A DNA stretch of 64,000 nucleotides from Terriglobia bacterium. GTDB lineage: Bacteria > Acidobacteriota > Terriglobia > 20CM-2-55-15. The position numbers and the translations under genes are program-made. Positions 62,548-64,000 of the stretch are shown piece after piece; position 1 is the stretch's first letter, and each line of letters opens with the position of its first letter. The DNA lies in NCBI GenBank assembly GCA_965218585.1, contig CBDCLE010000009.1:106755-170754 (forward strand), written 5' to 3'. The notes under the pieces are model-generated. The model ran no database searches. It saw only the letters and a program-made list of their open reading frames with translations, and was not told the DNA's origin.

Positions 62548-63873
62548 CACTGCTGTCCGGACGTAGAAGGGTTAGAGCCCAGTAAGTGTTTGATTGGGAA
62601 TGAATAAGTCATGGTTTTGTTTGGTCTCGATTTGAAACGTTGCTCATCGATTTGCGACCCTGCGAGGAACTCAATCGCGGGAGGCATCGATGAACCTGGG
62701 AAAGCTGGTGTTCGCGCAAGTCACACAACATCTGCCGCTGACAACGTTTCGGCGGTGCGTGGCCCGGTACGCCGGAGAGCGCAAGGTCAAGAGCTTTTCC
62801 TGCCTCGATCAATATCTGTGCATGGTGTTCGCTCAACTGACGTAGCGGGAAAGTCTGCGCGACATCGAAGCGTGTCTGCGAGCGCAAGAAAGCAAGCTGT
62901 ACCACATGGGCATTCAAAGCCGAGTGTCGCGCAGCACGCTTGCCGATGCCAACGAAGTGCGCGACTGGCGTATCTACGCCGACTTTGCGCAGTCTCTGAT
63001 CCGTATGGCTCGGCGTTTGTATGCGGACGAACCGTTTGGAGTCGATCTGAAAGAGACGGTCTACGCCTTGGATGCCAGTACCATCGACTTGTGTCTCTCG
63101 GTGTTTTCCTGGGCACCGTTTCGTTCGACCAAAGCGGCGATCAAACTGCACACGCTCTTGGACCTGCGCGGCAATATCCCTTCGTTCCTGCACATCAGCG
63201 ACGGCAAACTTCACGACGTGACTGTTCTGGACCTGTTGCGGCCCGAACCCGGAGCCTTCTACATCATGGACCGTGCCTACATCGACTTCCGTCGGCTCTA
63301 CGGTCTTCACCAGGCAGGCAGCTTCTTTGTGACGCGCGCCAAGTCCAATCTCAAAGCCCGGCGCCGCTATTCTCATACCGTCGATCGGAACACCGGGTTG
63401 ATCGCCGATCAGACCATCATGCTGACTGGCTTCTACACGCGTCAACACTTCGGCGCGCCATTGCGCCGCATCCGATTCAAGGATCCCGGAAACAGAAAAA
63501 CGGTTGGTGTTCCTGACCAACAACTTCACGCTGCCGGCAATCACTATCACCGAGCTTTATCGATGCCGGTGGCAGGTCGAGCTGTTCTTCAAATGGATCA
63601 AGCAGCATCTTCGTATCAAAGTTTTCTTTGGGACTTCCGAGAACGCAGTCAAAACTTAAGTGTGGATCGCTGTCTCCATTTACCTGCTGGTCGCTATCGT
63701 GAAAAAACGACTCCACATCACAGCCAGCTTGTATGAAATGCTACAGATTCTGAGCCTGACCATGTTCGAACGAATCCCATTGAATCAGCTACTTAACAAC
63801 ATCGCCACCGATGAGGATCCGTACTTTTCGACCAATCAGCTGAATCTATTCGACTTATAACCGGACACTAGTG
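62548..63873 (+). mobile_element. IS4-family insertion sequence with 9-bp target duplication
   Basis: TIR CACTGCTGTCCGG / CCGGACACTAGTG; ATCGAAGTT duplicated at 62539-62547 and 63874-63882. Confidence 0.92.
62690..63860 (+). pseudogene. IS4-family transposase pseudogene
   Basis: ESLRDIE, DASTIDL, KLHTLLD, MDRAY, YRCRWQVELFFKWIKQ; stops at 62843 and 63657 and a frameshift near 63490. Confidence 0.9.
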
Positions 63874-64000
63874 ATCGAAGTTCTATATCTATCCCTGACT
63901 CATAGGTTTTCGACCGGCTCGCTTTGGCCTTGTCGATCCGGGAAATCAGCAACGGCACGCATGACCACAATTGCTTCTCGGTGGCTCTCTCCCGCAACCT

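Noticed and set aside
1-64000. CRISPR array, rRNA or tRNA genes
   Set aside because: No repeat-spacer periodicity or recognisable rRNA/tRNA seen; periodic repeats are coding (QQG, NHL)

Overview
The window has two halves. Positions 1-33.7 kb are an intact GC-rich bacterial housekeeping region, probably Acidobacteriota-like (inferred from gene content and order). It carries a large DUF4175-like protein, glyA, moeA-moaC-mog, and an 11-subunit complex I operon (nuoAB-CD-HIJKLMN, no nuoEFG) with a MidA/NDUFAF7-family methyltransferase between nuoB and nuoC. It continues with pncBA, a split F0 operon (atpZ-atpI-atpB-atpE), a STAS protein, a ThiS-ThiG fusion, an FMN-bind/polyferredoxin/ApbE flavinylation module, ntrY/ntrX and pilB. 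Several structured REP-like repeats are dispersed through it. From 33.7 kb, where an IS1380 cuts pilB, the DNA is a patchwork of IS1380, IS256, IS21, IS3, IS110 and IS4 elements, a MITE, group II intron fragments and many truncated genes. Intact cargo there includes an acyl-AMP ligase-ACP-acyltransferase fusion, FadD, a ParA/StbB-like pair, a divergent Lgt paralogue with a chalcone-isomerase-fold protein, an alpha carbonic anhydrase, AmtB and a DUF5916 protein. A 601-bp inverted duplication and several abrupt junctions suggest part of this patchwork may be amplification or assembly chimerism. No rRNA, tRNA or CRISPR array was seen. Family calls come from motif recognition by eye; no searches were run.
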